DNA of 63,868 nt, filler included, from Octopus bimaculoides (GCF_001194135.2; 8 parts of 6 records of this genome joined end to end with filler, not necessarily neighbours in it), one strand, 5' to 3'; positions 37,661-50,499 are shown, numbered from the whole stretch's first letter. Program-made: numbers and translations. Notes: a model not told the origin generated them from the letters alone.

Positions 37661-37970
37661 TTAACCATTAAGTAAAACAAGGAAGTGCCTAACGCAGCAA
37701 GGGAAGCGGGGACACCACAGAAATGGTAAATGGTTTACAGCACAAATGAAATCACTTGGAAGTCGCTTAAATAATATTTGGGATGCTTTATCTCTACAAA
37801 ATAAAGAAAATGTGTTATGTAAGATTAATTTTGAGGATCTGATCAAAGAATTAACCATTAAGGAAAATAAGTGTTTAGGGCATCAAGAGAAGGAGAGGAC
37901 CACAGAAATGGTAAATGGTTTACGGCACAAAAGAAATCACTTTAAAATTGCTTAAATAATATTCAAAGTG
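37661..37970. repeat. diverged ~190 bp tandem duplication
   Basis: ttaaccattaag...accacagaaatggtaaatggtttac...gcacaaa...gaaatcactt...gcttaaataatatt at 37661 and again at 37851. Confidence 0.85.
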
Positions 37971-38140
37971 GTTTATATGATTGGAAATATAATTTCAAAG
38001 GATCTANNNNNNNNNNNNNNNNNNNNNNNNNNNNNNNNNNNNNNNNNNNNTTAATTAATTAANNNNNNNNNNNNNNNNNNNNNNNNNNNNNNNNNNNNNN
38101 NNNNNNGCGTAATAACTTTGTTGTTTTCCTCATTCAGAAC

Positions 38141-38483
38141 ATTCTTTTCTACTCTAGGCACAAGGCCCGAAATTTTGGGGGAAGGGACCAGTCGATTAGA
38201 TCGATCCCCAGTACGCAACTGGTACTTAATTTATCACCCGGCGTGCTAACGTTTCTTATTTCTTTATTGCCAACAAGGAGCTAAACATGGGACAAACAAG
38301 GACAGACAAACGGATTAAGTCGACTACATCGACCTCAGTGCGTAACTGGTACTTAATTTATCGACCCCGAAAGGATGAAAGGCAAAGTCGACCTCGGCGG
38401 AATTTGAACTCAGAACGTAGCGGCAGACGAAATACCGCTAAGCATTTCGCCCGGCGCGCTAACGTTTCTGCCAGCTCGCCGCC
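38141..38483 (-). mobile_element. composite SINE family A (type iii copy fused to a deleted type ii copy) inside one TSD
   Basis: Type ii tail and partial body at 38141-38256, type iii copy at 38257-38483; flanks TTCCTCATTCAGAAC (38126-38140) and TTCCTCATTCAAAAT (38484-38498). Confidence 0.85.
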
Positions 38484-38694
38484 TTCCTCATTCAAAATGT
38501 TGATACTGCCACTTTGTTTCCAGATTCCCAGGAAACTGAAAGTGAAAGTATTTATCTGTTCAGAAATATCTGATTTTCTACATCAAAATTGAAAATATTT
38601 TACCAGATACGTAAAGTGAAAATATTTTTCCTTGTAATATATTCTTGCGTGAGTGTATGTGGGAGGCAGGTGTATTGAATTCATGTATATACAT

Positions 38695-39095
38695 AGGTGC
38701 ATGCGTGGCTATGTAATTGAGGAAGTTCCAGGTTCAGTCCCATTGCGTGACATCTTTGCCGAATGTTCCTTAGTGTATCGACGGGATGACCAAAGCCTTC
38801 TGAGCAGATTTGGTAGACGAAAACTGAAAGAAGCTTGTTGTATATATATATATATATATATATATGTCTATATATGTGTGTGTGCATGTCATTGTGTTTG
38901 TACCCCACCATCGCTTGACAACCGGTGTTGGTTTGAACATGTCCGCGTAACGTAGCGGTTCGGCAAAAGGGACCTAGAGAATAAGTTACAGACTTTAAAA
39001 AAAAATTAAGTATCGGAGTCGATTCATTCGACTAAAACCCTTCAAGGGAGTGCCCCAGCACGGCCGTAGTCAAATGACTAAAACAAGTAAAGAAG
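38695..39095 (+). mobile_element. full-length SINE family B with internal (TA)n
   Basis: ggttcagtcccattgcgtgacatc...gaaactgaaagaagc(TA)n...tagcggttcggcaaaag...gtgccccagcacggccgtagtcaaatgactaaaacaagtaaaga. Confidence 0.88.
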
Positions 39096-39120
39096 AAAAA
39101 AAACACACGCGTCTCCTCAG

Positions 39121-39152
<32 letters not shown>

Positions 39153-39533
39153 TAAAAGACGTAATACTAAATATGAGCGTTCTACTCTTTCATATGCAGA
39201 GTTAGTGGAACAAATCGACCTCAACATTAATGTGAAGTCTAATGCTTATTCTGTTGCTTTGTTTGCCGAACTGCTAAGTTACAGACGCGTAAACAACCAT
39301 ACACAGTTGTTAAATGGTAGAGAGACAGACATAAACACAAAGTCTGACTCACAAGCGCACACACGCACACACACACTCATTCACTCGTGAGGCAACGGTT
39401 AACTGGGCGCTTAAAGGTGAAAACAAGAAGTTAGGTGCGGCTTCGTGGAACTGAACCAGAAACCTCGTTGGACAGAGCGAGTGTCTTAACCACACAGCCA
39501 CATTTCTACCCTCAATAAATCTCACTCTCTCCC

Positions 39534-39564
<31 letters not shown>

Positions 39565-39616
39565 ACTCCCTCGCTCACTCACTTTCTCTCTCTCTTTCTC
39601 ATATATTACTAACATT

Positions 39617-39830
39617 ATTTCTACTCTAGGCACAAGGCCCGAGATTTTGGGGGAGAGGGCCAGTCGATTAGATCGACTCCAGTACGTAACTGGTGCTTAA
39701 TTTATCGACTCCGAAAGGATGAAAGGCAAAGTCGACCTCGGCGAAATTTGAACTCAGAACGTAAAGACAGATGAAATACTGCTAAACATTTCGCCCAGTA
39801 TGCTAACGTTTCTGCCAGCTCACCGCCTTA
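39617..39830 (-). mobile_element. SINE family A type ii with exact 16 bp TSD
   Basis: ATATATTACTAACATT at 39601-39616 and 39831-39846. Confidence 0.93.
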
Positions 39831-40213
39831 ATATATTACTAACATTACGTCTCGTTGTATTCAAATGGAGTCGATGTCAATCCTTCTTTTCAAAAATGTT
39901 CTCATTTATTTTTAAACCTTACAAACTAAAAATTCCAGACTTAGAAAGATGCTAGGGTTGATTCGTACTGCTAAAAATTCTCCAAGGTGGTGCCCCAGCA
40001 TGGCCACATCAAATAACTGAAACAGGTAAATGGTAAAAGATAAATACTGTTTCACTTCCAGTTTCACATGAAACCGAAAGTGAAAGTATTTTCCCGTTCA
40101 AATAGTGATTTTTCTGGTCAAGAAAAGGAAATATTTTTAAATGTGAGCGCGTTTGTGGACGTGGCTATATTAAATGCGCACATACACATACGCATGCGTG
40201 CCACGCACGTACG

Positions 40214-40280
<67 letters not shown>

Positions 40281-40399
40281 ACACACACACTCACACACAC
40301 ACACACACACACATATAAATAAACACATATTAAAATGCATATAACTAGTGTACAGAGTATGTCATAAGAAGGATTATAAAATCTATACTATTCTACAAG

Positions 40400-40648
40400 C
40401 TTCAGTAATTAGACTGCAGCCATGCTGGAGCACAATCATGTAAGGATTTGTTAAATAAATCGACATCAGTACTTACTTGAAGTTTGGTATTTATTCTGTG
40501 GCTCTCCTTTGCCGAACCGCGGTTCGGCAAAAAAAGATCGATAGAATAAGTACCAGGCTTTGAAAAAAATAAGTCCTGCAGTCGATTTGTTTGACTAAAA
40601 CCCTTCATGGCCACAGTCAAATGACTGAAACAAGTAAAAGATAAAAGA
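40400..40648. mobile_element. two SINE family B tails joined head-to-head
   Basis: Minus-strand tail 40400-40519 and plus-strand tail 40520-40648 meet in the perfect palindrome TTTGCCGAACCGCGGTTCGGCAAA (40508-40531). Confidence 0.8.
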
Positions 40649-41127
40649 TCATAGATAAACGTCCAACCTATAATTCAAAACGGTATGATATGATTTGAAG
40701 ACTTCTGACTGTAGAGAGCCCATTATTGACTCATAGCCGCTGGTGTGTGTGTGGTGTGTGAGGTATCTACGAGTGTGCGAGTGTGTGTGTGCGCGCGCGC
40801 TTGTATGCATGTGCGTGCGTGTGCATGTCACATGGGTGATGTGTAACAGATGGAAATCGCTGGAAATAGATTGACAATGAAATTTCCCGCCCACACCCTA
40901 GGCTTGTGTGCACCCATACACTCACACGCAGAGCGACGCACGCATATAAAGTTATATGTCTACACAGTGGGCGAGAGAATGTTTAAATGTGTTTATCGAT
41001 GTGGGTGTGTTAATGTATTTGTGTATAGAAGTACGTGTGTGTTTTGGTGTTTGTGTGCGTTTGTGTTTTCCCAAGTAGGAAAATATATCTGTATTCGTAA
41101 TAACAGCTATAATATATAAATCAATCA

Positions 41128-41255
<128 letters not shown>

Positions 41256-41270
41256 ATCTATTTATCTATC

Positions 41271-41519
41271 TTGACGCTCAAGAAAACTGGAAGGGTTTTT
41301 GACGTTTCGAACATACGCTTTTCTATAGAAGGATNNNNNNNNNNNNNNNNNNNNNNNNNNNNNNNNNNNNNNNNNNNNNNNNNNNNNNNNNNNNNNNNNN
41401 NNNNNNNNNNNNNNNNNNNNNNNNNNNNNNNNNNNNNNNNNNNNNNNNNNNNNNNNNNNNNTATATATATATATATATATACATATATATATACATATAC
41501 ACCCTGCCTGTCTGTCTGC

Positions 41520-41579
<60 letters not shown>

Positions 41580-41900
41580 ATGAATGCATGTATCGCCTTA
41601 GGCATAGCAATACTAATAGCCTGCTGTACATATGTTTCAGAGCACAGCGTCAGCCGAGTATAGAGCAGTAATAAGAAATTAGAATGACAAAACAATAAAA
41701 TTGTCATCAAATTCATTAGCTTAGGGTTGTTTCTGCTTTAAGATGTTGTTTCTGTTATATATATCCATTTTTCCCTTCTCCAGTTCCTCTCCTCATTCCT
41801 CTCTGTAGAAGAGCGTAGGTTCGAAACGTCAAAGACTCTTCCATTTTTCTTGAGCGTCAAAGTAATGCACCTTGTTTATTGTTATCTCACCTGTCTCTTT
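41271..41900. mobile_element. outward-facing inverted pair of family P (PLE-terminus-like) repeats
   Basis: ttgacgctcaagaaaactggaagggtttttgacgtttcgaacatacgc (41271-41334) is the reverse complement of agcgtaggttcgaaacgtcaaagactcttccatttttcttgagcgtcaa (41799-41860). Confidence 0.7.
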
Positions 41901-42675
41901 CTTTTGTCTTTTCTTTTTGTTTTTGGGACAGTTTTGTGCCATATATGTATAACTATCTACCCATTTGTCTGTCTGTCTGTGTCTATCTCTCTATCCATCT
42001 ATATATACACACACATACACACATAAAAATACGGCTATATTCAAGTTTCTTGTTTTTATTTAGGAAATTTCATACTACCTCATTAGTCTTCCGTGTTTAG
42101 TTGGAAAATAATAAACTTCTTTAATTCATTGATGTGACATTTCACAATTTTCACATTTTCCTCTTCAAAGCAACTGGTATTGATGGTATGTTATTCATTG
42201 CACTATCTGCAGGAAGTTCCAAAGGGGTTTGGTAATATTCTGATAATTGATAAAATCATGAATGTCAGATCTGAAATTACACATTGATAATTTCTAGAAA
42301 TACCTACATAACTAAATAACACCATCAAATCTCATAGTTTATACCAAAAACATTTTGTAGATTTCATAGCAGGAAACATTTCATTTTTATGTGTGGCTTA
42401 TTTGAGTATTTAGTTTAGATTTGTATTTTTCTGTTAGTAATGCTTCGACATTATTCTCAATTTTGTGTGTGTGTGTGTGTGTGTACAATTCTATATAAAA
42501 TTGTAGCGCTGACAACCAATGTTTTTCTAACCAATTTTATGTTCAGCATTATAATGAATTACTTTCGTTCCTTGTTGCAAATTCTTGATCGACTGATGAC
42601 AAAGTACCCTGTGGGATTTAGGATTTACCAAATTTAGTTCCATTCTCTCATGTTTTGAATACCAATTCCAATATA

Positions 42676-42893
42676 TCTTTTATCGTTAATCTTGCTTCAT
42701 TATTCTGCGGCCATCCTGGAATGCCGCCTCAAAGAATTTTAGTTGAACGAATCGGCCCCTATACGTATTTTTTAAAGCTTGATACCAATTCCATGGGTCT
42801 CTTTTGACAAACAACTATGTTACAGGAATGTAAACACACCAACACCGGCTTGACAAATGGACAAGCACAGATACAAATACACACACACGCACA

Positions 42894-42981
<88 letters not shown>

Positions 42982-43052
42982 TATATAGGACGGGCTTATT
43001 TCCGTTTCTCTCCTCCAAATCCACTCAAAAGGCTTTCGTCGGCCCAAGACTG
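42676..43052 (-). mobile_element. SINE family B, 5'-truncated, internal (CA)n
   Basis: gcggccatcctggaatgccgcc...tcttttgacaaac...caccggcttgacaa...(CA)n...aatccactcaaaaggctttcgtcggccc. Confidence 0.75.
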
Positions 43053-43879
43053 TGCAATCAGCTATTACACTTTCACTACGAATTCAAAATTTTGAACTGT
43101 GAGCGAAATGTGACAGCTGATGTAAGATGCGCACAGGAAAACTACTTTCACCGGTACAAGACGGATGCGGCTACTACATGCACAAATATGTTAGACCATC
43201 CAAAAGATACCTGTTCGGCTGATTGAGAAAGTCTTAGTTATATAGTCCAGCATCCAGCTTTATCAATAGTAGCTTTTTTTTACTGATTGCAAGCGTGAAA
43301 TTTGTAAACTTCACGACTCTAATTGTTATAGTTTCCATGTAAGCACGACATTCTCCTGCTGGCTCACTATGCACTTGCAAAAAGAGGCAACTGAAGAGTG
43401 CTACATCACGCAACACACACATAAAGAAAAAACTAGATAAGTAAACATAAATGTAAAACATATATATATAACGTGCTGAATTCTTCACCATGATCGGTCT
43501 TTAGTTATGGACGCAATACTTATAATACAGTCCAATGAAAAAAAAAAACCTCAGACAACATACACTAGTTAGAAGCAAAAATGAAGACTTGACTGATATT
43601 GCATGTACACATATATATACATACGCGAGCGAATGCACACACAAACATATACAGGTATATCAAATACCATGCGACACAAACACTTGATTTATGAAAACTA
43701 CCCCAATTAAGTCCTGCTCAGCAGGAGAAGGAGGAATAATCTCAAGCATCAACAATTCTCCGAAGCAGCCATTAAGGAAAAAGAAAAGTTTACTGTTTGG
43801 AAGCAAGAGGAAAGTCGCGAACAAACGTTATTCAAATTCACATCACTGTATATTCTGAAGATATACTCTGAAGTATATA

Positions 43880-44006
43880 CAGGGTGTCCACAAAGTCTGG
43901 GTACATGGGGATTAACACATACTTTAAGAAATTATTATTTCTTATATTTAATTGTTTACGTTATGATTTTATTTACTCCAGGTACCCAGACTTTGTGGAT
44001 ACCCTG
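43880..44006. mobile_element. 127 bp Tc1/mariner MITE with TA TSD
   Basis: TA|CAGGGTGTCCACAAAGTCTGGGTAC ... GTACCCAGACTTTGTGGATACCCTG|TA. Confidence 0.92.
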
Positions 44007-44980
44007 TATATCTCTTGCTTCATTTCCGTTTCAATCATACAAATTAAATAGGTCACAAATGCGTTCTACTCTTTTTTTGTATAAGTCTAAGACACTAGGT
44101 CAGTAGGGATAAGAGCGGACAGAAAAAAAGCCTTGACCTTTTCTAGAATGACATGATAGCTATGAAGCATACTTTATTTTTGAAATTATCGCCACTTCTT
44201 ATATGGAATTAGTCTTAATTGCCATTTAATAAGCATGACACATCGTCCAGAGGCGGAGATAATTATAATAGATCAAGAATTTAACGGTTGTGGTATTTGA
44301 TATACCTCTATTTGTCTATGCTACTCAAATACATGTCACCGGACACTGAGATATTTCGCTTCGGTCAATATATATATATGAAAAAAGAGGGGGAGAGAGC
44401 GGAAACCTGAGAGGAAGTAAGGAAGAGATAAAATAGAAATATATAAGAATGGGCATGCAATCAATATAAAAGTAATTGCTACTCATATAGAAATATGAGG
44501 AATTCGTAGCAGATATAAATAACATGCGAGGTCAATGACTGAAAACAATATTCTTTTCAGTTGTGGCGTCTGTGTCACGCAATTAAAAACCATATAAACA
44601 ACCTCACCGGTGCAGTCAGAGATTGACAGATATGCTCTGAATAGTTATATTTAAACATGTGTAGCAGGGACTCGTTATATAAGTTATGTAAGTGTTTTAT
44701 AACAGGGTATTTTGTTGCTATAAGACTGGATCACTGAAGGCCGCAGTGATATCTACATGAAACTATGTAATTGAATATTTTCTGATTACACACAGACACA
44801 CAGACACAGACACACAGACACAGACACACATGTATATGTATGTATGTATTCATGTATGTATGCATGCATGAATGATGTATGTATGCATGTATGTATTAAT
44901 GTGCGTGTGTGTGTGTGCGAGCGCGCATAGGCAGATATAGATATACATAGATATGTACATAGAAACATACGAAAAGCATG

Positions 44981-45310
44981 TGTACCCAGTATGTGGTAAG
45001 GAGTTTGCTTCCCAACCACGTGGTTTCGGGTTCAGTTCCACTGCGTGGCACCTTCGGTAAGTGTATTTTACTATAGCCTCGGGCCGACCAAAACCTTGTG
45101 AGTGGATTTGGTTGACAGAAACTGGAAGAAGCCTGTCGTATGTGCGTGCGTGCGTGCGTGCGTGTGTGTGTATATCTATATGTTTGTGTGTCTGCGTTTG
45201 TCCCCCCACCAATCAAAGTTTGACAATCGATGTTGGTGTATTTAAGTCCCCGAAACCTAGCGGTTCGGCAAAAGAGAGCGATAGAATAAGTACAAGGCTT
45301 ACAAAGAATA
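44981..45310 (+). mobile_element. SINE family B, 3' end lost at the gap
   Basis: gtggtaaggagtttgcttcccaaccacgtggtttcgggttcagttccactgcgtggcacc...tagcggttcggcaaaagagagcgatagaataagtac. Confidence 0.88.
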
Positions 45311-46411
45311 TGGCATGAGGGCGAATTGTTNNNNNNNNNNNNNNNNNNNNNNNNNNNNNNNNNNNNNNNNNNNNNNNNNNNNNNNNNNNNNNNNNNNNNN
45401 NNNNNNNNNNNNNNNNNNNNNNNNNNNNNNNNNNNNNNNNNNNNNNNNNNNNNNNNNNNNNNNNNNNNNNNNNNNNNNNNNNNNNNNNNNNNNNNNNNNN
45501 NNNNNNNNNNNNNNNNNNNNNNNNNNNNNNNNNNNNNNNNNNNNNNNNNNNNNNNNNNNNNNNNNNNNNNNNNNNNNNNNNNNNNNNNNNNNNNNNNNNN
45601 NNNNNNNNNNNNNNNNNNNNNNNNNNNNNNNNNNNNNNNNNNNNNNNNNNNNNNNNNNNNNNNNNNNNNNNNNNNNNNNNNNNNNNNNNNNNNNNNNNNN
45701 NNNNNNNNNNNNNNNNNNNNNNNNNNNNNNNNNNNNNNNNNNNNNNNNNNNNNNNNNNNNNNNNNNNNNNNNNNNNNNNNNNNNNNNNNNNNNNNNNNNN
45801 NNNNNNNNNNNNNNNNNNNNNNNNNNNNNNNNNNNNNNNNNNNNNNNNNNNNNNNNNNNNNNNNNNNNNNNNNNNNNNNNNNNNNNNNNNNNNNNNNNNN
45901 NNNNNNNNNNNNNNNNNNNNNNNNNNNNNNNNNNNNNNNNNNNNNNNNNNNNNNNNNAGTGAGAGAGAGTGACAGAGAGAACCATATACATTTATATAAA
46001 AATATATGTATACATGCGTACAAATAAATATACATTCTTACAAACAAGCACACACACACACACAAACACAGGCATACATCTTGTAAAATTGCCCCCCACG
46101 CTCTTCCTTAGGTTTAAGATGGAGCAACGGTTGTCTGGCTGGTTTCAAGTTCATGACGAAAGTGTAGTTCAGTGACGTTTGCTAATATTTGAAGGTGGCT
46201 GTATTCCCACGCGTTTTCACGTATTAGTGGCAGTTAACAATGTGGAAAATGCGTTCTTTATTCTAACAATGTCTTCTTTAATGCAGGAGGTAAAATTCCT
46301 TCCCATATCATGGCCACAGTATTTATTAATGGCTAAGGTATGCACCACACTTGATGTTTACCTCAAATTGTGTGCCTCAACATGAGCATCTGTTGGCGGC
46401 GTGTACATCAG

Positions 46412-46468
<57 letters not shown>

Positions 46469-46707
46469 ATAGCTAGCTTGCTAACTATTTATCTATCCAG
46501 CTTACTTTCTATCAATGTGAAAGATAAGGTTCTCGAACATCCAACATTGGGATCTGATTTAAAAGCATTTGGGTTGCTATTTCTAGCGGGCAAAGCTCTG
46601 CTGATTCACGCCATCTTGGTTGGCGTTTGTCAGATGACGTCAGAGATCAAAGGGGAGATAAATGACATTCACTTCGTTAATTTTACGTCGAGATAAGAAT
46701 TTTAGGA

Positions 46708-47456
46708 CAATTGGCGGATCTATTTTAAAACGGGGGCCACATTTTTCATTAATGTTTTACGTAGTGTTTTTGGTACGGAAAGACTTTCAAACTTCGTATA
46801 CTTATCTATTTTGTGTTATAGAACAGAAAAGTATTTTTGTATTCGAATTTATTTCATGTAAAAAATTGTCTTATTTCGATAATTTCAACCAATCACTAAC
46901 AAGTATTCAGTTGTTTACATTTACTCCTTTGGTGTAAAGCGTATTTAATCTCCATACCNNNNNNNNNNNNNNNNNNNNNNNNNNNNNNNNNNNNNNNNNN
47001 NNNNNNNNNNNNNNNNNNNNNNNNNNNNNNNNNNNNNNNNNNNNNNNNNNNNNNNNNNNNNNNNNNNNNNNNNNNNNNNNNNNNNNNNNNNNNNNNNNNN
47101 NNNNNNNNNNNNNNNNNNNNNNNNNNNNNNNNNNNNNNNNNNNNNNNNNNNNNNNNNNNNNNNNNNNNNNNNNNNNNNNNNNNNNNNNNNNNNNNNNNNN
47201 NNNNNNNNTAATTGTTTCAGAATCGTTTGTTTATGTAGTCGGCACTTAATGTATATCGGCTGAATGGACGTCAGTGATTGGTTGAAATTACAGAAATACG
47301 ACAACTTTAACATGGAATAACTTCTGGATTTCTTTTTTTTTAAAGAAGACTAAGAGAAAAAGATGTTTTATATGACACATTGTACCAGTGTTCCAAGTTT
47401 CAAAGTGTTTCGTTAATGAAAAATGTGGCCCCCGTTTAAAAAAAGATCCCAATTGG
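46708..47456. mobile_element. MITE-like element with long imperfect TIRs spanning a gap
   Basis: caattggcggatctattttaaaacggggccacatttttcattaa pairs with ttaatgaaaaatgtggccccc...aaaagatcccaattgg; inner aatttcaaccaatcact / agtgattggttgaaatt. Confidence 0.8.
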
Positions 47457-48207
47457 CCAACAGTTGGAATTCAACTTGGGACTGGAACAATAGAATGATT
47501 ACATTACAGAATTAATTGTCATCCGTCGTTAATCTCTGATCAAATACCATTGGGGCATATAGTCGTTATAGACATATTATAGTCATGCTATTTAATTTCC
47601 TTTAGTTTTGGGCCACACACCCAATTAGCCCTCCGCAAGAGCCAGCCCAAAAGTCCGCACAGAGTGCGGCTTTTAAGCTGGTATTATATAAATGAGAGTG
47701 TATATGTGGATGTGTGTATGTATACATGTATATCACGGAGAGACTCCATTTTGACCCAGCTGTCAAGACGGTGGTCTGTAACTTTGCGTTGGCTACTGAG
47801 CAAGTGTCGCCATGACATCTTACTCTGCCATGGTCAATGCAACGATCACACGCTACAAACATTCCTCCCAAGCACTGTTGTAAACGGCGGAAGTAAGCTA
47901 GAAAGTTAAAACTTAGTGCACATGCACAGCAGAGCTTAAAGTCTATCTGTGCCAATCGGCTTCAATCTGCATGCTTTAGCTTTGTTACTATAGCTACAGT
48001 CCGGATACTTATTGATTAGTCCTCGTATATACGAATTGTAACTTGCCTGAAAAACCCTGTGGCACTCAGTGGCAGAATTCGGACTATAATCTTTTCTACT
48101 CGAGGTANNNNNNNNNNNNNNNNNNNNNNNNNNNNNNNNNNNNNNNNNNNNTTAATTAATTAANNNNNNNNNNNNNNNNNNNNNNNNNNNNNNNNNNNNN
48201 NNNNNNN

Positions 48208-48261
<54 letters not shown>

Positions 48262-48550
48262 TGTCTGTGTACGAATGTATGTATATTAACGCATGTGTAG
48301 AAATGGTTGAAACTATCCATAAGAATGAACAGTACGACTACGACAACAACACCACCACCAATAACAACAACAACATCACTGACATTAAAAATAGTCTGAC
48401 TTATTCAGCCCCGCCCTCTGGCGACGTATAAATGATATCTATAATAACGCAAATAAAACCGACATATTTGCCATGCCATATTCTCTCTCTTACTCTTTCT
48501 CCGGGGAATAAAATAAGTACCATGAGGAAGAGCAATTTATATAGTTGGTT

Positions 48551-48752
48551 ACGGCAGCGAACTGGCAGAATCGTTAGCACCCTGGGGAAAATGCTTAGGA
48601 GTATTTCATCCGTCTTTACGTTCTAAGTTCAAATTCTGCTGAAGTCGACTTTGCTTTTCATCTGTTCAGGGTCGATAAAATAAGTACTAGTGAGCACTGG
48701 GGTCGATTTACCCCTCTCTCAAAATTTCTGGCCTTGTGCCAAAACTTGAAAG
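48551..48752 (+). mobile_element. SINE family A type i
   Basis: ggcagcgaactggcagaatcgttagcac...gttcaaattctgctgaagtcgactttg...ggccttgtgccaaaacttgaaa. Confidence 0.9.
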
Positions 48753-48763
48753 TAATTTATATA

Positions 48764-49155
48764 CGAGAAAATTCATCAGCTTGTACATGAGGATCGTCGG
48801 AGGACAATCAACGACGTTTTGAAGTGTTTGAGGGAGGACATCCGACGAAAGTGACCCGATCTGTGGAGCGCGAAGAATTGGATTCTTCATGACGACAATG
48901 CACCATGTCACCGAGCTCTCCGCACTCGTGAGTCTTCCGCCCAATTCGCCAGATTTAGCACCTGCGGACTTACATCTCTTCGCCAAGATGAAAATGTGGC
49001 TCAAAAATTACCGTTTTAACACCGTTGTCGAGATCCAGAGCGAATTGCAGAAGGTCCTCGACTCGTTACGGAAAACAATTTCCAGCCCGGATTCCAAAAG
49101 CTGCAGGAACACTGGGACCGGTGTATTGCTGCGCAAGGTAACTATTTCGAAGGGG
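48764..49155 (+). pseudogene. mariner transposase fossil with large internal deletion
   Basis: EKIHQLVHEDRRRTINDV joined to LKCLREDIRRK*PDLW...WILHDDNAPCH...PPNSPDLAPADLHLFAKMK...WDRCIAAQGNYFEG (HDNA and YSPDLAP-x-D-type motifs of the DD34D family). Confidence 0.92.
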
Positions 49156-49890
49156 ATGGCCACAGTCAAATGACTGAAACAAGTAAAAGAGTAAAAAAGT
49201 AAAAGAGTAAATAAGCTGTTTTAAACATAACCAGCCTGGGAACTTTTTGATACCACCTCGGAGCTGGTTGTTGAAGTTTATGGCGAGGAAGCTGAATCAA
49301 CGCAATCAGAATGTAAAACCTCCCTGCGAAATGTCGTAAGTGGCGATAGATGGTGCTAATCACATCCATCTCTTCATTTCCAGCATCCTGGACTCACGGT
49401 GCAAAGCTACTGAGACGGTGTGACATGTATACAGATGTGGCGTATACTGTTGGGTACCCGATCTATTGGGATCTGCCTGATAAAGTACCCGTCTATCAGA
49501 TACTGTTTACATTTGTCAATGTTAAAGAAAATTGCCGTTGAAGACTGAAGTAACTGACCACTATTGTAAAGTTTTATTTCCTAATTACTTTTATTTAGAA
49601 ATCAAAGGAAATGACAACTATTCCTTTTGAATTTTACTTTTGCTACCTGGACATCAATGTTTTGAAACTGGCCCCTTTTCCATTACATCTCACAGAGATT
49701 CAGTGCTGAGTTGCTCAAGCAGAAATATCGTTATAGCAAATGTTCTGCTTAAAACTACAGAGCATGTCCCTCATGAGGAGTAGTGGGGGAGCATCATAGC
49801 CATGTGTTGAGACGGATTCTTTGAGGTTTGAATAAATGTAACAAAAGCAAAGTTTGAAGGAAATATTACCCATTTTTCATGGTTTCTAAG

Positions 49891-50238
49891 TGTAAGCGAA
49901 TAAGAACTAACAGGTGCTACCTACGGACAAAAATCGTGTCACACAACGTAATGGTTGCAGTAATACGTAGAATTAATCCAATGAAATGAAATACAGGTCA
50001 GAAAAGATAGCCGTCACTGGCGAGTGAGTATGGCTTGTGTTGTGTCGACGCCTCCAGGCAAAGAAGTAGGATCTCCCAAGACATATAAATAGAGGTAGTC
50101 TGGCCGTGGAAGGTGTGTTGAGTAGCAGTCGAGTGTTGAGTAGCAGTCGAGTGTTGAGTAGTAGTCGAGTAGCAGTTGTGTAGCGGTTGAGTAGAAATCA
50201 TCCGAAGGTGCTAGATAGCAGTAGCTTGAGACATAACA
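49891..50238 (+). mobile_element. probable LTR (TGTAA...TAACA), about 348 bp
   Basis: TG...CA termini, TATAAATAGAGG at ~50086, 18 bp tandem repeat inside; the right boundary is confirmed by the second copy at 15680; the left boundary is inferred; no TSD seen. Confidence 0.6.
50115..50168. repeat. 18 bp tandem repeat x3 inside the LTR
   Basis: GTGTTGAGTAG(C/T)AGTCGA x3. Confidence 0.95.
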
Positions 50239-50499
50239 GATTGGTAACATATGCCATGCTTTCACTAATTGTTTTAGATGCCTGTGAAGTTGTGAGCACA
50301 TATAGACACCCACTCAACCCTCTTCATCCTTGGACTCAACGGGACATTGAGGATGTACAAACTGACGTGCGAAGAGAAGATTGCTCTAGCACTCCATTGG
50401 TACTTATTTACAGTTGAGTAAACTGGAGAAGAATGGAGTAGAGTGAAGTCTACAACGAGATCCTATTCTGCTGTTTTCTTTTGTTTTTCCTTTTTCTGC

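Noticed and set aside
43391-43416. CTGAAGA-GTG-ctacat-CAC-GCAAC hammerhead-like string
   Set aside because: GCAA instead of GAAA and no helix I or III; likely chance
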